From Verrucomicrobiota bacterium (GTDB taxonomy: Bacteria; Verrucomicrobiota; Verrucomicrobiia; Limisphaerales; JADJPG01), in the NCBI GenBank assembly GCA_046048995.1, contig JBJOEZ010000001.1, positions 25,048-89,047 on the forward strand: a stretch of DNA of 64,000 nucleotides, in the 5' to 3' direction. Shown one piece after another: positions 54,029 to 63,086 of the stretch. The notes beneath the pieces were generated by a model that made no database searches, was not told the DNA's origin, and saw only the letters and a program-made list of their open reading frames with translations. The position numbers and the translations under genes are program-made. Numbering within the stretch: the stretch's first letter is position 1; each line of letters begins with the position of its first letter.

Positions 54029-56440
54029 TTACTGGGCCGGGGTGACGACCTGGTAGAAGCGGTGGGCCGGGAGGGTGAGCGTGGGATCGGTGAAAAGGAC
54101 GGGGCCGGAGGCGGGTTGGGCCGGGATATCGCCCAGTTTGGTCCAAGGGGTGGAGGAATGGAGGCTGTCGCGGGCGAGGACGGAGTAGGTGAGTCCGGCG
54201 GAGGCCTGGAAGGTGATGGAGGCGGTGGTGGCGGTGCGGGAGATGCCGAGGATTTGCGGGGCCGGGGTGGTTTGGACCGTCCAGGAGGCGGTGGTGGGGG
54301 AGTTGGTGTCCTGCCAGTAGCCGGCGGAATTGCGGCCGATTACCTCGACGGTGTGGGGGCCGTTGGCGAGGTTGGAGAGGACGATGGGCGGGGCGTTGGA
54401 GAACATGGTGGCGGTGAGTTGGCCGCCGGCCCAGATGGAGGCGGGGACGAGGGAGACCTCGGGGCTCCAGGGGCCGCCGTCGAGGCGCCAGCGGTAGGAC
54501 CAGATGCCGGGGCCGGCGATGGTGAGGGAGGCGCCGGTGTTGGTGGTGCTGCCGGAGGGGGCGCCGCTGATGCTGGCGCCGGCGGGGACGAGGGCGCCCA
54601 TGTCGATGCCGTTGGGGCCGGTGCCGAGGCAGGGGCTGCCGGGCTGGAGGGCGAGCGAGGCGCGGATGTTGGCGGGGGTGAGATTGCTGGGGCTGACGAA
54701 GAGGGGGTCGGCGTCGAGGTTGCCGAGGCCGGGCTGGGGGAAGCCCTGGATGCAGTTGTAGTTGCGGATGAAGAAGAACCCGGCGTTGGCCTGGGCGCCG
54801 GCGAGGACCGGCCAGGGGTTGGTGATCTGGAGATCGGCGGCGATGTTGCCCTCGAAGAAGGCGCCGTCGCCGAAGGCGTTGGCGTCACCGGCCGTGTAGC
54901 GCCAGGGCTCGCCGAACATGATGATGCCGGGTCCCTCGTTGCCGCCACTGCTGGTGTTGCCGCTGAGGGGGTTGGGGGTGATGCGGACGACCGTGTTGTT
55001 CTGGAGAAGGCCGGTGCCGTTGTCCTTCTCCATGAACATGTGCTCGCAGTTGTAGAAGATGTTGCGGCAGATGACGAGCTGGGTCAGGTCGCTGCCGTTG
55101 GCGCCGGTGGTGATGGGGTTGGAGCTGCTGGCGCGCGCGGCGTCCTTGCGGACGTTGAGGAAGATGTTGCCCTCGATGTGGGCGTCGGTGCCATCCATGT
55201 CGAAGCAGTCGTCGACGCCGCCGAGGAAGACGTTGTCGAGGAACTGGGCGATGGGGCCGGGGCGGTTGCCGCCGGTGAAGTCGACGCTGTCATTGTAGCC
55301 CTGGGGGGCGCCGAAGACGCAGCCCTGGATGAGGGCGTAGCCGTTGGCGGGCATGGTGGTGAAGTGGACGGGCTCCACGCCGGCGCCGCCGGGGATGTAG
55401 CAGTTCTTGAGGATGAGGGAGCTGCTGATGCAATCGACCAGTTGGGCGGTGGTGTTGGTGAACCAGACGTTGTCGACGTAGAGCCGCGAGCTGGTGGCGC
55501 GGAGGTTGGAGGAGCTGGCGCCATCGACGTCGCAGTAGGCGAAGCGGGACTCGTTGGTGCCGCCGTTGACGAGGATGCGGGCCCAGGCGCTGCCGGGGCT
55601 GGAGCGGGCGAAACGGATGCGGTTGGTCGGGGTGCCCTCGGCGATCAGGCGGCCGTTGACGGTGATGGTCACGCCGGCGGCGATGAGCACGGTGGTGCCG
55701 GGCTCGATGGTGAGGGTGGCGCCGCTGGCGATGGTGAGGGCGCTGCAGACCTGGATGGGGCTGTTGGTGGCGGACCAGGTGGTGTCGGCGGCGATGGAAC
55801 TGCCCACGCAGCCGGGGGTGGGTGTCTCGAGGAGGAGATCGGCGATGAGGGAGAAGTCGCTGCTGCCGGCCGACTCATTGAGGCCGATGAGGGCGAGGGT
55901 GTGGGTGCCGGGGGCGAGGCGGGCGGCGGCGTTGCCGAGGCCGGTGGTGACGGCGGGGCCGCCGCCGCCGCCGACCGCCTCGTGGGTGCCGGACGCCCGG
56001 TTGGTGAAGGCGGGCTCCACCCCGACCGCGCCGTTGACGATGTTGGCCGAGCGGGCGATTTCGACGTCGTCGAGGTAGGCGACGTAGGCGTCGTCGTAGT
56101 CGACCACCAGCTTGAGGGTGGCGTTGGTGTCGAGGTTGGCGGGGACGGTGAACTCGCGCCGGATGTAGACGGTCACGTAACGGTTGAGCATGTCGCTCAA
56201 CGCGGTGGCGTCATCGCTGTCGCCGTAGCCGAACCCGCCCGGGCCGCTGGCCCAGTCCGCGTTGAGCGAGGCGTTCGGGGTGGTTTTCCAGTCCGCCTGG
56301 GGCGCGTTGGTGCCCTTGTGATAGCGCCAGGTGTCGCCCCGGCTGACCAGCGGCGTGTCCGCGGCGTGCGCGAGGGGTGAAAAACCGAGGACCACCAGGG
56401 CGCAGAACGCCGCCAGCCCAAGCTTTGGCAGAGAGTGCAT
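54029..56440 (-). CDS. Large secreted protein (803 aa): N-terminal jelly-roll module, right-handed beta-helix core, Ig/FN3-like domains, conserved C-terminal domain
   Basis: Signal peptide MHSLPKLGLAAFCALVVLGFSPLAHA. Jelly-roll module RGDTWRYHKGTNAPQADW...GFGYGDSDD at approx 55826-56341. Beta-helix-like repeats (NVFLGGVDDCFDMDGTDAHIEGNIFLNV, RNIFYNCEHMF). The C-terminus is ...AHRFYQVVTPAQ. Confidence 0.8.
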   Translation of the reverse strand: MHSLPKLGLAAFCALVVLGFSPLAHAADTPLVSRGDTWRYHKGTNAPQADWKTTPNASLNADWASGPGGFGYGDSDDATALSDMLNRYVTVYIRREFTVPANLDTNATLKLVVDYDDAYVAYLDDVEIARSANIVNGAVGVEPAFTNRASGTHEAVGGGGGPAVTTGLGNAAARLAPGTHTLALIGLNESAGSSDFSLIADLLLETPTPGCVGSSIAADTTWSATNSPIQVCSALTIASGATLTIEPGTTVLIAAGVTITVNGRLIAEGTPTNRIRFARSSPGSAWARILVNGGTNESRFAYCDVDGASSSNLRATSSRLYVDNVWFTNTTAQLVDCISSSLILKNCYIPGGAGVEPVHFTTMPANGYALIQGCVFGAPQGYNDSVDFTGGNRPGPIAQFLDNVFLGGVDDCFDMDGTDAHIEGNIFLNVRKDAARASSSNPITTGANGSDLTQLVICRNIFYNCEHMFMEKDNGTGLLQNNTVVRITPNPLSGNTSSGGNEGPGIIMFGEPWRYTAGDANAFGDGAFFEGNIAADLQITNPWPVLAGAQANAGFFFIRNYNCIQGFPQPGLGNLDADPLFVSPSNLTPANIRASLALQPGSPCLGTGPNGIDMGALVPAGASISGAPSGSTTNTGASLTIAGPGIWSYRWRLDGGPWSPEVSLVPASIWAGGQLTATMFSNAPPIVLSNLANGPHTVEVIGRNSAGYWQDTNSPTTASWTVQTTPAPQILGISRTATTASITFQASAGLTYSVLARDSLHSSTPWTKLGDIPAQPASGPVLFTDPTLTLPAHRFYQVVTPAQ

Positions 56441-56493
56441 CGGCCCAGTTTATGCCATGGCAGGGGCCGAAAAGCAAAGCTTCTCGCGGTGAA

Positions 56494-56520
56494 CCGGGCG
56501 CGCGGGCGTGCCGCCCGCTC
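56494..56520 (+). repeat. Hairpin module of the same repeat, copy 4, inverted relative to copy 3
   Basis: CCGGGCGCGCGGGCGTGCCGCCCGCTC compared with the reverse complement of 56642-56667 (CCGGCGCGCGGGCGTCCCGCCCGCTT). The differences are one indel, one loop substitution and one terminal mismatch. Confidence 0.7.
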
Positions 56521-56623
56521 AACGTGAAGGCCGGACGGTGGGGATGTAAAAGGCCCGGAGCCAAGGGCTGGCCCGGGGCCGCCCGGCAACCCTTGGGTGG
56601 GCTTGGACGGGGATGAGGGCTGG

Positions 56624-56667
56624 GGGAGGCTGGGCCGGCACAAGCGGGCGGGACGCCCGCGCGCCGG
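56624..56667 (-). repeat. Stop-codon-proximal repeat, copy 3 (internally deleted: both ends of the 85-nt unit retained)
   Basis: GGGAGGCTGGG...AAGCGGGCGGGACGCCCGCGCGCCGG. The last 26 nt are identical to copy 1. It ends 6 nt from the ftsH stop at 56674-56676. Confidence 0.7.
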
Positions 56668-56673
56668 GGGGGT

Positions 56674-58692
56674 TCAGGCGGGGGCGGGGGCGGCGGAGCC
56701 GAGGCCGGGGTCGATCTTGGGTGAGGCGGGCTTGATCACCTCGGGGAGGGGGGTGGCGGCCTGGGCGCCGGTGGGCGGGCCGGAGGCGGGGGGCGGGGCG
56801 GACGGGGTGAAGGTGCCGGTGCGGAGGATTTCGATCACCTGGGAGCCCTCGAGGGTTTCGTGCTCGAGGAGGGCGTTGGCGATGAGCTCGAGCTTGTCGC
56901 GGTGGCTGGTGAGGATGTCGGTGGCGCGGCGGTAGCCCTCGTCGATGATGCGTTTGACCTCGGCGTCGATTTCCTGGGCGGTGTGTTCGCTGTAATCCTT
57001 GGTGCGGGCCATTTCGCGGCCGAGGAAGACGTATTCCTGGTTGTCGCCGTATTGGACCATGCCGAGCGTGTTGCTCATGCCGTATTGGGTGACCATGGCG
57101 CGGGCCATGTTGGTGGCCATCTGGATGTCGCCCATGGCGCCGGTGGAGATGTCGCCCGAGACCATTTCCTCGGCGATGCGGCCGGCCATGGTCATGGCGA
57201 TGGTGTCGAGGAGTTCCTTTTTGCGGCGGTTGAGGACGTCCTCCTTGGGGAGGGACATGGTGGCGCCGAGGGCCTGGCCGCGGGGGATGATGGTGACCTT
57301 GTGGAGGGGGTGGGTATGTTCGAGGACGACGCTGACGAGGGCATGGCCGGCCTCGTGCCAGGCGGTGTAGCGTTTTTCCTGGTCGGTCATGGCGAGGCTG
57401 CGGCGTTCGCGGCCCCAGCGGACCTTGTCGCGGGCCTCCTCGAGTTCGGCCATGCCGACGGCCTTCTTGTTTTGGCGGGCGGCGAGGAGGGCGGCCTCGT
57501 TGAGGAGGTTGGCGAGCTCGGCGCCGGAGTAGCCGGGGGTGCCGCGGGCGATGACGGCGAGGTCCACGGCGGGGTCGAGCTTCACGTTCTTGGCGTGGAC
57601 CTTGAGGATGGCCTCGCGGCCGCGGACGTCCGGGAGGCTGACGGCGATTTGGCGGTCGAAGCGGCCGGGGCGGAGGAGGGCGGGGTCGAGGACGTCGGGG
57701 CGGTTGGTGGCGGCGATGATGATGATGCCCTCGGTCGTGTCGAAGCCGTCCATCTCGACGAGGAGGGCGTTGAGGGTTTGCTCGCGTTCGTCGTTGCCGC
57801 CGCCGAGGCCATGGCCGCGGCTGCGGCCGACGGCGTCGATTTCATCGATGAAGACGAGGCAGGGGGTGTTTTTGCGGGCCTGCTCGAACATGTCGCGGAC
57901 GCGGCTGGCCCCGACGCCAACGAACATTTCCACGAAATCGGAACCGCTGATGCTGAAGAAGGAGGCGTCGGCCTCGCCGGCGATGGCCTTGGCGAGGAGG
58001 GTTTTGCCGGTGCCGGGGGCGCCGACCATGAGGATGCCCTTGGGGATGCGTCCGCCGAGTTTCTGGAACTTCTTGGGGTCCTTGAGGAACTCGACCAGTT
58101 CGGAGACCTCCTCCTTGGCTTCCTCGACGCCGGCGACGTCCTTGAAGGTGGTCTTGTTCTTTTCCTTGGCCAGCATGCGGGCCTTGCTTTTGCCGAAGCT
58201 GAGGGCGCCCTTGCCGGCCATCTTGATTTGGCGGACGAAGAAGAACCAGATGAGGAGGCCGATCAGGAGGATGGGACCGAGGCTGTAGAGGAGGCCGAGG
58301 ACGACGGTGTTGGGCTGGCGGACCTCGTAGAGGCGGGACTTGATGAGCTGGGCCTCGAGGGATTCGGGGAGGCGGGCGCGCACACGGAAGGGGACCTCCT
58401 CGAAGCGTTCCGGGGCCGTATGCTTGCGGTAGGAGCCGGAGATTTCGTGCAGGTAGCCGCCCTGCGGGTCGTAGCTGATGCGGCCCTTGGCCACGAGGTT
58501 GGAATCCACCAGTTCCATGAACCGGGGCATGGTGAGCATCTCGGCCTGGTTTTGGCCGGGGCCCTTCATGAGGAGCAGGAGCGGGATCGTCGCAAGGATG
58601 GCGATCCAGAGAATGTAGGTGCGGGACGGGACGCGGAATTCGTTGTTCCGTTTCCCGCCGTTGTCATCCCGCTGATTGTTGTTTTCGGACAT
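56674..58692 (-). CDS. ftsH: ATP-dependent zinc metalloprotease FtsH
   Basis: Walker [19 protein letters not shown], Walker [12 protein letters not shown], the second region of homology, and zinc site HEAGHAL. 672 aa. Confidence 0.95.
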   Translation of the reverse strand: MSENNNQRDDNGGKRNNEFRVPSRTYILWIAILATIPLLLLMKGPGQNQAEMLTMPRFMELVDSNLVAKGRISYDPQGGYLHEISGSYRKHTAPERFEEVPFRVRARLPESLEAQLIKSRLYEVRQPNTVVLGLLYSLGPILLIGLLIWFFFVRQIKMAGKGALSFGKSKARMLAKEKNKTTFKDVAGVEEAKEEVSELVEFLKDPKKFQKLGGRIPKGILMVGAPGTGKTLLAKAIAGEADASFFSISGSDFVEMFVGVGASRVRDMFEQARKNTPCLVFIDEIDAVGRSRGHGLGGGNDEREQTLNALLVEMDGFDTTEGIIIIAATNRPDVLDPALLRPGRFDRQIAVSLPDVRGREAILKVHAKNVKLDPAVDLAVIARGTPGYSGAELANLLNEAALLAARQNKKAVGMAELEEARDKVRWGRERRSLAMTDQEKRYTAWHEAGHALVSVVLEHTHPLHKVTIIPRGQALGATMSLPKEDVLNRRKKELLDTIAMTMAGRIAEEMVSGDISTGAMGDIQMATNMARAMVTQYGMSNTLGMVQYGDNQEYVFLGREMARTKDYSEHTAQEIDAEVKRIIDEGYRRATDILTSHRDKLELIANALLEHETLEGSQVIEILRTGTFTPSAPPPASGPPTGAQAATPLPEVIKPASPKIDPGLGSAAPAPA

Positions 58693-58837
58693 GTTTGGGG
58701 GCCGACGCGGCTGGCAAGGCTATCATGGGGACCCTCCCCCCGCAACCGTGCCACTGGAGCCGATCGGGCCAGTATTTCAGTCGCCGCCGGGCTGGGTGTC
58801 CAGCTTGAAACCGGGCCGGGGGCGCCGGGCGGGCCGT

Positions 58838-59425
58838 TTACTTGCGGGGGGAGGAGGGCTTGGGCTGCCCTGAGAGGGTTCCCTGGAGGCGGCCGCTGCT
58901 GTCACGCAGCGTGGTGCTGGTGCCCGAACCGGTGGAGTAGGCGGTGCCTGACGACCGTCCGGAGGCGTCCCGGAAGGTGGTCTGCGAGCCCTGGGTCGAG
59001 GCGGTGCCCTGAGAGCGGCCCGCCGCGTCGCGGAAGGTCACTGTGGGGGAGGAGCCGCTGGACGACGCGGTGCCCAGCGACCGCCCGGAGGCGTCCCGGA
59101 AGGTCGATTGTTGCCCTGAGGTGGTGACCGTACCGGTCAGCCGCCCGCTGCTGTCCCGGATGGTCATACGGCCACCGGAGGTCTGGGCCGTGCCCACGAG
59201 GCGCCCGGAGGAATCCCGCAGGCTGTAGGTGCCGTCCCCCGCGCCACGGGCGGTCAGGTAGCGCCCCAGGTCCTGCGCGGTGGGGCCCTTCTTGCTGGCG
59301 TCATCGGCCCCCGGAAGCGGCTGGGCGACCCCGGCCAGCAGCATAGCGGCGAACAGGCAGATCCTGGTCGCAAGGGCCGTGGGGGTGCCCATCGGAAGGC
59401 GGGCCAGAGAAATGGGGAATACCAT
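58838..59425 (-). CDS. Secreted Ser/Thr/Gly-rich protein with six ~18-aa T(F/I/L)RD(S/A)SGR..GT repeats (mini YD-like)
   Basis: ATG at 59423-59425, with an alternative ATG at 59390-59392. Signal peptide RICLFAAMLLAGVAQPLPG. Repeats: SLRDSSGRLVGTA, TIRDSSGRLTGTV, TFRDASGRSLGTA, TFRDAAGRSQGTA, TFRDASGRSSGTA, TLRDSSGRLQGTL. Confidence 0.7.
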   Translation of the reverse strand: MVFPISLARLPMGTPTALATRICLFAAMLLAGVAQPLPGADDASKKGPTAQDLGRYLTARGAGDGTYSLRDSSGRLVGTAQTSGGRMTIRDSSGRLTGTVTTSGQQSTFRDASGRSLGTASSSGSSPTVTFRDAAGRSQGTASTQGSQTTFRDASGRSSGTAYSTGSGTSTTLRDSSGRLQGTLSGQPKPSSPRK

Positions 59426-59637
59426 GCGGCCAATCTACTGCGGATGCCCTTTGCTGCCAGCCTGCACCTGTCTCCGGGTGTTTGCCTCCATCTGGACGGG
59501 ACTGTTCCGCCGGCAGAGAGGGGTCGCCAAGGCGGCCGGGCGGCGGTAAAAGAGGGGTCGACATGCCTTTGCCCGCCCAGTTCGCCCAGTTTTTGCCGGG
59601 GGTCCGGCTTGGGGACGGGTGGGGCTTGGGGAGGGGA

Positions 59638-59712
<75 letters not shown>

Positions 59713-59725
59713 CACCGGGACGCAA

Positions 59726-59755
59726 ATATTTCCCGGACCGGCGGCCTGGTGTCAA
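59726..59755 (-). promoter_or_regulatory. Candidate promoter for tRNA-Met
   Basis: On the minus strand: perfect -35 TTGACA (59755-59750), 18-nt spacer, then the AT-rich -10 region AAATAT/AATATT (59731-59725). It ends about 13 nt before the tRNA 5' end at 59712. Confidence 0.45.
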
Positions 59756-59822
59756 ACCTTAAGGCCGTCCGGGCGGTTCTGGACGGGGGTGGTGGGCGGG
59801 GTGGTTTAACCGGTGGAACACC

Positions 59823-60857
59823 GTGATTCTGGCCCTGGAGACCTCCTGTGACGAGACCAGCGCCGCCGTGGTGCAGGGCGGGCGGTTGTTGGCCAACGTG
59901 GTGTCGTCCCAGGTGCGGCTGCATGCGGAGTATGGGGGGGTGGTGCCGGAGTTGGCGACGCGCGAGCATTTGCGGCATCTGCTGCCGGTGACGCGGGCGG
60001 CCTTGGCGCAGGCGGGGGTGGGAGCGGACGAGGTGGAGGTGGTGGCGGCCACGCGGGGTCCGGGGTTGCCCAACGCCCTGCTGATTGGGTATGAGGCGGC
60101 CCAGGCGGTGGCCTTTGTCCTGCGCCGGCCCTTCCTGGGGGTGCATCATCATGAGGCTCACCTGTATTCCCCCTGGGTGGGTGGGGAACCACTCTATGCG
60201 GACTGGGCGGCCTTCGAGCCCAACGTCTCGCTGATTGTGAGTGGCGGTCACACCTTGCTGGTGCATGTCCGGGGGGAGTTGGACCATCGCGTGCTGGGAT
60301 CCACGCTCGACGATGCGGCGGGGGAATGTTTTGACAAGACGGCCAAGCTGCTGGGCCTGCCGTATCCCGGGGGTCCGGTCATGGACCGGCTGGCGGGCGA
60401 GGGGAATGCGGCGGCATTTGCCTTTCCGCGGCCGCTCTTGCGGGAGGCCAACGACGATTTCAGCTTTGCCGGCCTGAAGACCTCGGTGCGGTATTTCCTG
60501 GAGAAACATCCGGGGTTGGCGGACGACCCGCGGGGGTTGCGGGACGTGTGTGCGAGCGTGCAGGCGGCGATTGTGGAGACCCTGGTGACGAAGACCGTGC
60601 GGTCGGCGCGGCGGCTGGGGGTGAGGTGCGTGACGGCGAGCGGGGGGGTGACCTGCAACCGGGCGTTGCGCCGGGATCTGGCGGCGGCCTGCGCGCGCGC
60701 GGGCCTGCGGCTGCGGTTGGCGGCGGGGGCCTTGTGCACGGACAACGCGGCCATGGTGGGATTCCTGGCCGAGTGCCAATGGCGGCACGGGGTGGCCCCC
60801 ACCGAACTGGATGGCGACATCCGGCCCGGCTGGGCGCTGGACGAGCCTCCGGCCTGA
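59823..60857 (+). CDS. tsaD: tRNA N6-adenosine threonylcarbamoyltransferase
   Basis: GTG start. MILALETSCDETSAAVV, HHHEAHL and GGVTCNRALR are TsaD/Kae1/Gcp signatures. Confidence 0.92.
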   Translation: MILALETSCDETSAAVVQGGRLLANVVSSQVRLHAEYGGVVPELATREHLRHLLPVTRAALAQAGVGADEVEVVAATRGPGLPNALLIGYEAAQAVAFVLRRPFLGVHHHEAHLYSPWVGGEPLYADWAAFEPNVSLIVSGGHTLLVHVRGELDHRVLGSTLDDAAGECFDKTAKLLGLPYPGGPVMDRLAGEGNAAAFAFPRPLLREANDDFSFAGLKTSVRYFLEKHPGLADDPRGLRDVCASVQAAIVETLVTKTVRSARRLGVRCVTASGGVTCNRALRRDLAAACARAGLRLRLAAGALCTDNAAMVGFLAECQWRHGVAPTELDGDIRPGWALDEPPA

Positions 60858-60999
60858 CCTTTCGCCCGGCAAATCCTCCTCGACAACTGGGTGCCGGTGA
60901 GGGACGTTGCGCCCATCACACGCTCCACCAAGGGCTTAGTGTGCCAACCAGTCAACGCCCACTGGCGGGGACGTTCATCCACGGGACGGTAATAAACCT

Positions 61000-61542
61000 A
61001 TGTACGGAATGGTCAACAAGGCGGTGGAAGACATGGTGTGCTCGGTCCACGGGGAGGCCATGTGGCAGAAGATCAAGGAACGGGCGGGCGTGGACGTGGA
61101 GGTCTTCATCAGCAACGAGGGGTATCCGGACGAGATGACCTACAAGCTGGTCGGCGCGGCCAGCGAGTTGACCCAGACCCCGCCGGGGCAGATTTTGGAG
61201 GCGTTTGGCGAGCACTGGGTCAAGACGGCCGAGGCGGGGTATGGGGAGTTGCTCAATGCCGGGGGCCGCAACCTGCGGGAGTTCCTGGTCAACCTCCCGG
61301 ATTTCCATGCGCGGGTCTCGATGGTGATGCCCAAGCTCAAGCCCCCGATCTTCAAGGTCTCCGAGGTGACCGAGCGGTCCCTGAAGCTGCATTATTACAC
61401 GCATCGGCCCGGGCTGGTGCCGTTTGTGTTTGGGCTGATTCGGGGGCTGGCGAGGAAGTTCAATACGCCGCTGAAAAACGTGGCCCTGGTGGGTTCGCGG
61501 GAGGAGGGGGCGGACCATGACACGTTCCTGATCGAATGGTGA
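61000..61542 (+). CDS. hnoX: H-NOX (heme nitric oxide/oxygen-binding) domain protein
   Basis: MYGMVNKAVEDMV N-terminus, proximal His103 in FLVNLPDFH (codon 61306-61308) and the Y132-x-T134-x-R136 heme-propionate motif (HYYTHRPG). The 180-aa stand-alone length is typical. Confidence 0.85.
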   Translation: MYGMVNKAVEDMVCSVHGEAMWQKIKERAGVDVEVFISNEGYPDEMTYKLVGAASELTQTPPGQILEAFGEHWVKTAEAGYGELLNAGGRNLREFLVNLPDFHARVSMVMPKLKPPIFKVSEVTERSLKLHYYTHRPGLVPFVFGLIRGLARKFNTPLKNVALVGSREEGADHDTFLIEW

Positions 61543-63086
61543 TTGCAGCGGGCAAGGACGGCATCCATTTGCCCCCGGGGGCCTTTGCGGAGGCGTTCCC
61601 CTTTCATTTCGCCTTTGGGCCTGACTGGCGCATCCTGTGTCGGGGCCGGTCCTTGGCCCGCCTGTGTCCGCAGGTCGTGCCCGGGGCGAGTTTTCCCGAC
61701 CTGTTCGCCCCCATTCGCCCCGAGGCTCCGTTTGATTACCCGACGCTGGCGGGGTCGGGGCAGATCCTGTTCCTGGTGCGGGAGTTGGCCACGGGGGTTC
61801 TGTTGCGCGGGCAGATGCTGTCGCTGCGGCCGGCGGAGGACGCGGTGGTGTTCCTGGGGTCGCCCTGGCTGACGGAGGCGCCGTTGTCCAGCTACGGGCT
61901 GTCGTTTGACGATTTTGCGATCCATGACCCGGCCATGGACCTGCTCCAGCTCCTGCAATCGCAGAAGATGGCGGCGGCGGACCTGCGCAAGCTGACGGTC
62001 CGCCTGCAGGCCCAGCGGGCTGAATTGAGCTCGGCCTACGACAAGCTGCGCCGGGAGGAGGAGGAGCATCGCAAGCTGGCCGTGATCGTGGAGAACGCCG
62101 AGGACGCCATCTTCAGCGAGACCCTTGATGGCCGCATCACGACCTGGAACGGCGGCGCGGCCCGGCTGCATGGCTACGTGGCGGCCGAGATCCTCGGGCA
62201 GCCGGTCGGGTGGCTGCTGCCCCCGGACCGGATCGAGGAGCACGTGGGCCTGATGGAGCGGCTGGTGCGGGGCGAACGGGTGGAGAACCTGGAAACCCGG
62301 CGCCGGCACCGGGACGGGTCGGAGCGGGACGTGTCGCTGACGATTTCCCCCCTGCGGGACGAGACGGGGGAAATCGTGGGTGCCTCGACCATTGCCCGCG
62401 ACATCACGCACCGGCGCCGCCTGGAGCGGGAGGTGGCGCAGGCCAGCCACCTGGAGCAGCAACGGATCGCCCGCGAGCTGCATGACCACCTGGGGGCCTA
62501 CCTGGCCGGGCTGGCCTTCCGCATGAAGTCCCTGGCCGAAGTCCTGCAGCGCCGGGCCGCCCCGGAGGCGGACCAGGCCCGGGAACTGGTCCAGCTGACC
62601 AACGAGGCCATCAGCCAGGTGCGCGTGTTTTCGCACCTGCTGGCGCCGGTGGAAGTGGCCACGGGCGGCCTGGCCGCCGGCTTGCCCCGCCTGGGCGCCG
62701 AGGTGGAGCGGCTGTTTGGCATCACCTGCGACGTGCGGATGAACCCGGGCCTGCCCGTGTTGTCGGAGGAAGGAGCCATGCACCTCTATCGCATTGCGCA
62801 GGAGGCCTCCCGCAACGCCGTGCAGCATGGCGGGGCGCGCCGGATCGAAATCCGGCTGCAGCAGGACGGCGGCGACTTCCTGGTCCTGACCGTCCGCAAC
62901 GACGGCCGGCCCTGGGATCCAGGGGCCGGGGCCGGGCAGGGCCTTGGCCTGCGCATCATGCATTACCGGGCCGGGGTGCTGGGCGGCAGCCTGGCCATTC
63001 AATCCGGCGCCGACGGCCTGCCCGAGGTCCGCTGCCGCGTGCCGGTGCCCGCCCCCGCCGCCGTGACCACCCCCGCCTCCTCATGA
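61536..63086 (+). CDS. Sensor histidine kinase: HNOBA-like N-terminal domain, coiled coil, PAS, HisKA_3 and HATPase_c
   Basis: The start overlaps the H-NOX stop (ATGGTGA 61536-61542). The N-terminal FPFHFAFGPDWRILCRGRSL..VVPGASFPDLF resembles the soluble-guanylate-cyclase H-NOX-associated domain. PAS region: AEDAIFSETLDGRITTWNGGAARLHGY. H-box: IARELHDHLG (His codon 62481-62483). ATPase region: EASRNAVQHGGA...GLGLRIM. Confidence 0.85.
   Translation: MVIAAGKDGIHLPPGAFAEAFPFHFAFGPDWRILCRGRSLARLCPQVVPGASFPDLFAPIRPEAPFDYPTLAGSGQILFLVRELATGVLLRGQMLSLRPAEDAVVFLGSPWLTEAPLSSYGLSFDDFAIHDPAMDLLQLLQSQKMAAADLRKLTVRLQAQRAELSSAYDKLRREEEEHRKLAVIVENAEDAIFSETLDGRITTWNGGAARLHGYVAAEILGQPVGWLLPPDRIEEHVGLMERLVRGERVENLETRRRHRDGSERDVSLTISPLRDETGEIVGASTIARDITHRRRLEREVAQASHLEQQRIARELHDHLGAYLAGLAFRMKSLAEVLQRRAAPEADQARELVQLTNEAISQVRVFSHLLAPVEVATGGLAAGLPRLGAEVERLFGITCDVRMNPGLPVLSEEGAMHLYRIAQEASRNAVQHGGARRIEIRLQQDGGDFLVLTVRNDGRPWDPGAGAGQGLGLRIMHYRAGVLGGSLAIQSGADGLPEVRCRVPVPAPAAVTTPASS

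Noticed and set aside
40935-56667. Possibility that the repeated hairpin modules represent a CRISPR array
   Set aside because: Copies are kilobases apart and in mixed orientation, with no regular repeat-spacer periodicity and no cas genes. They behave like REP/MITE-type extragenic repeats.
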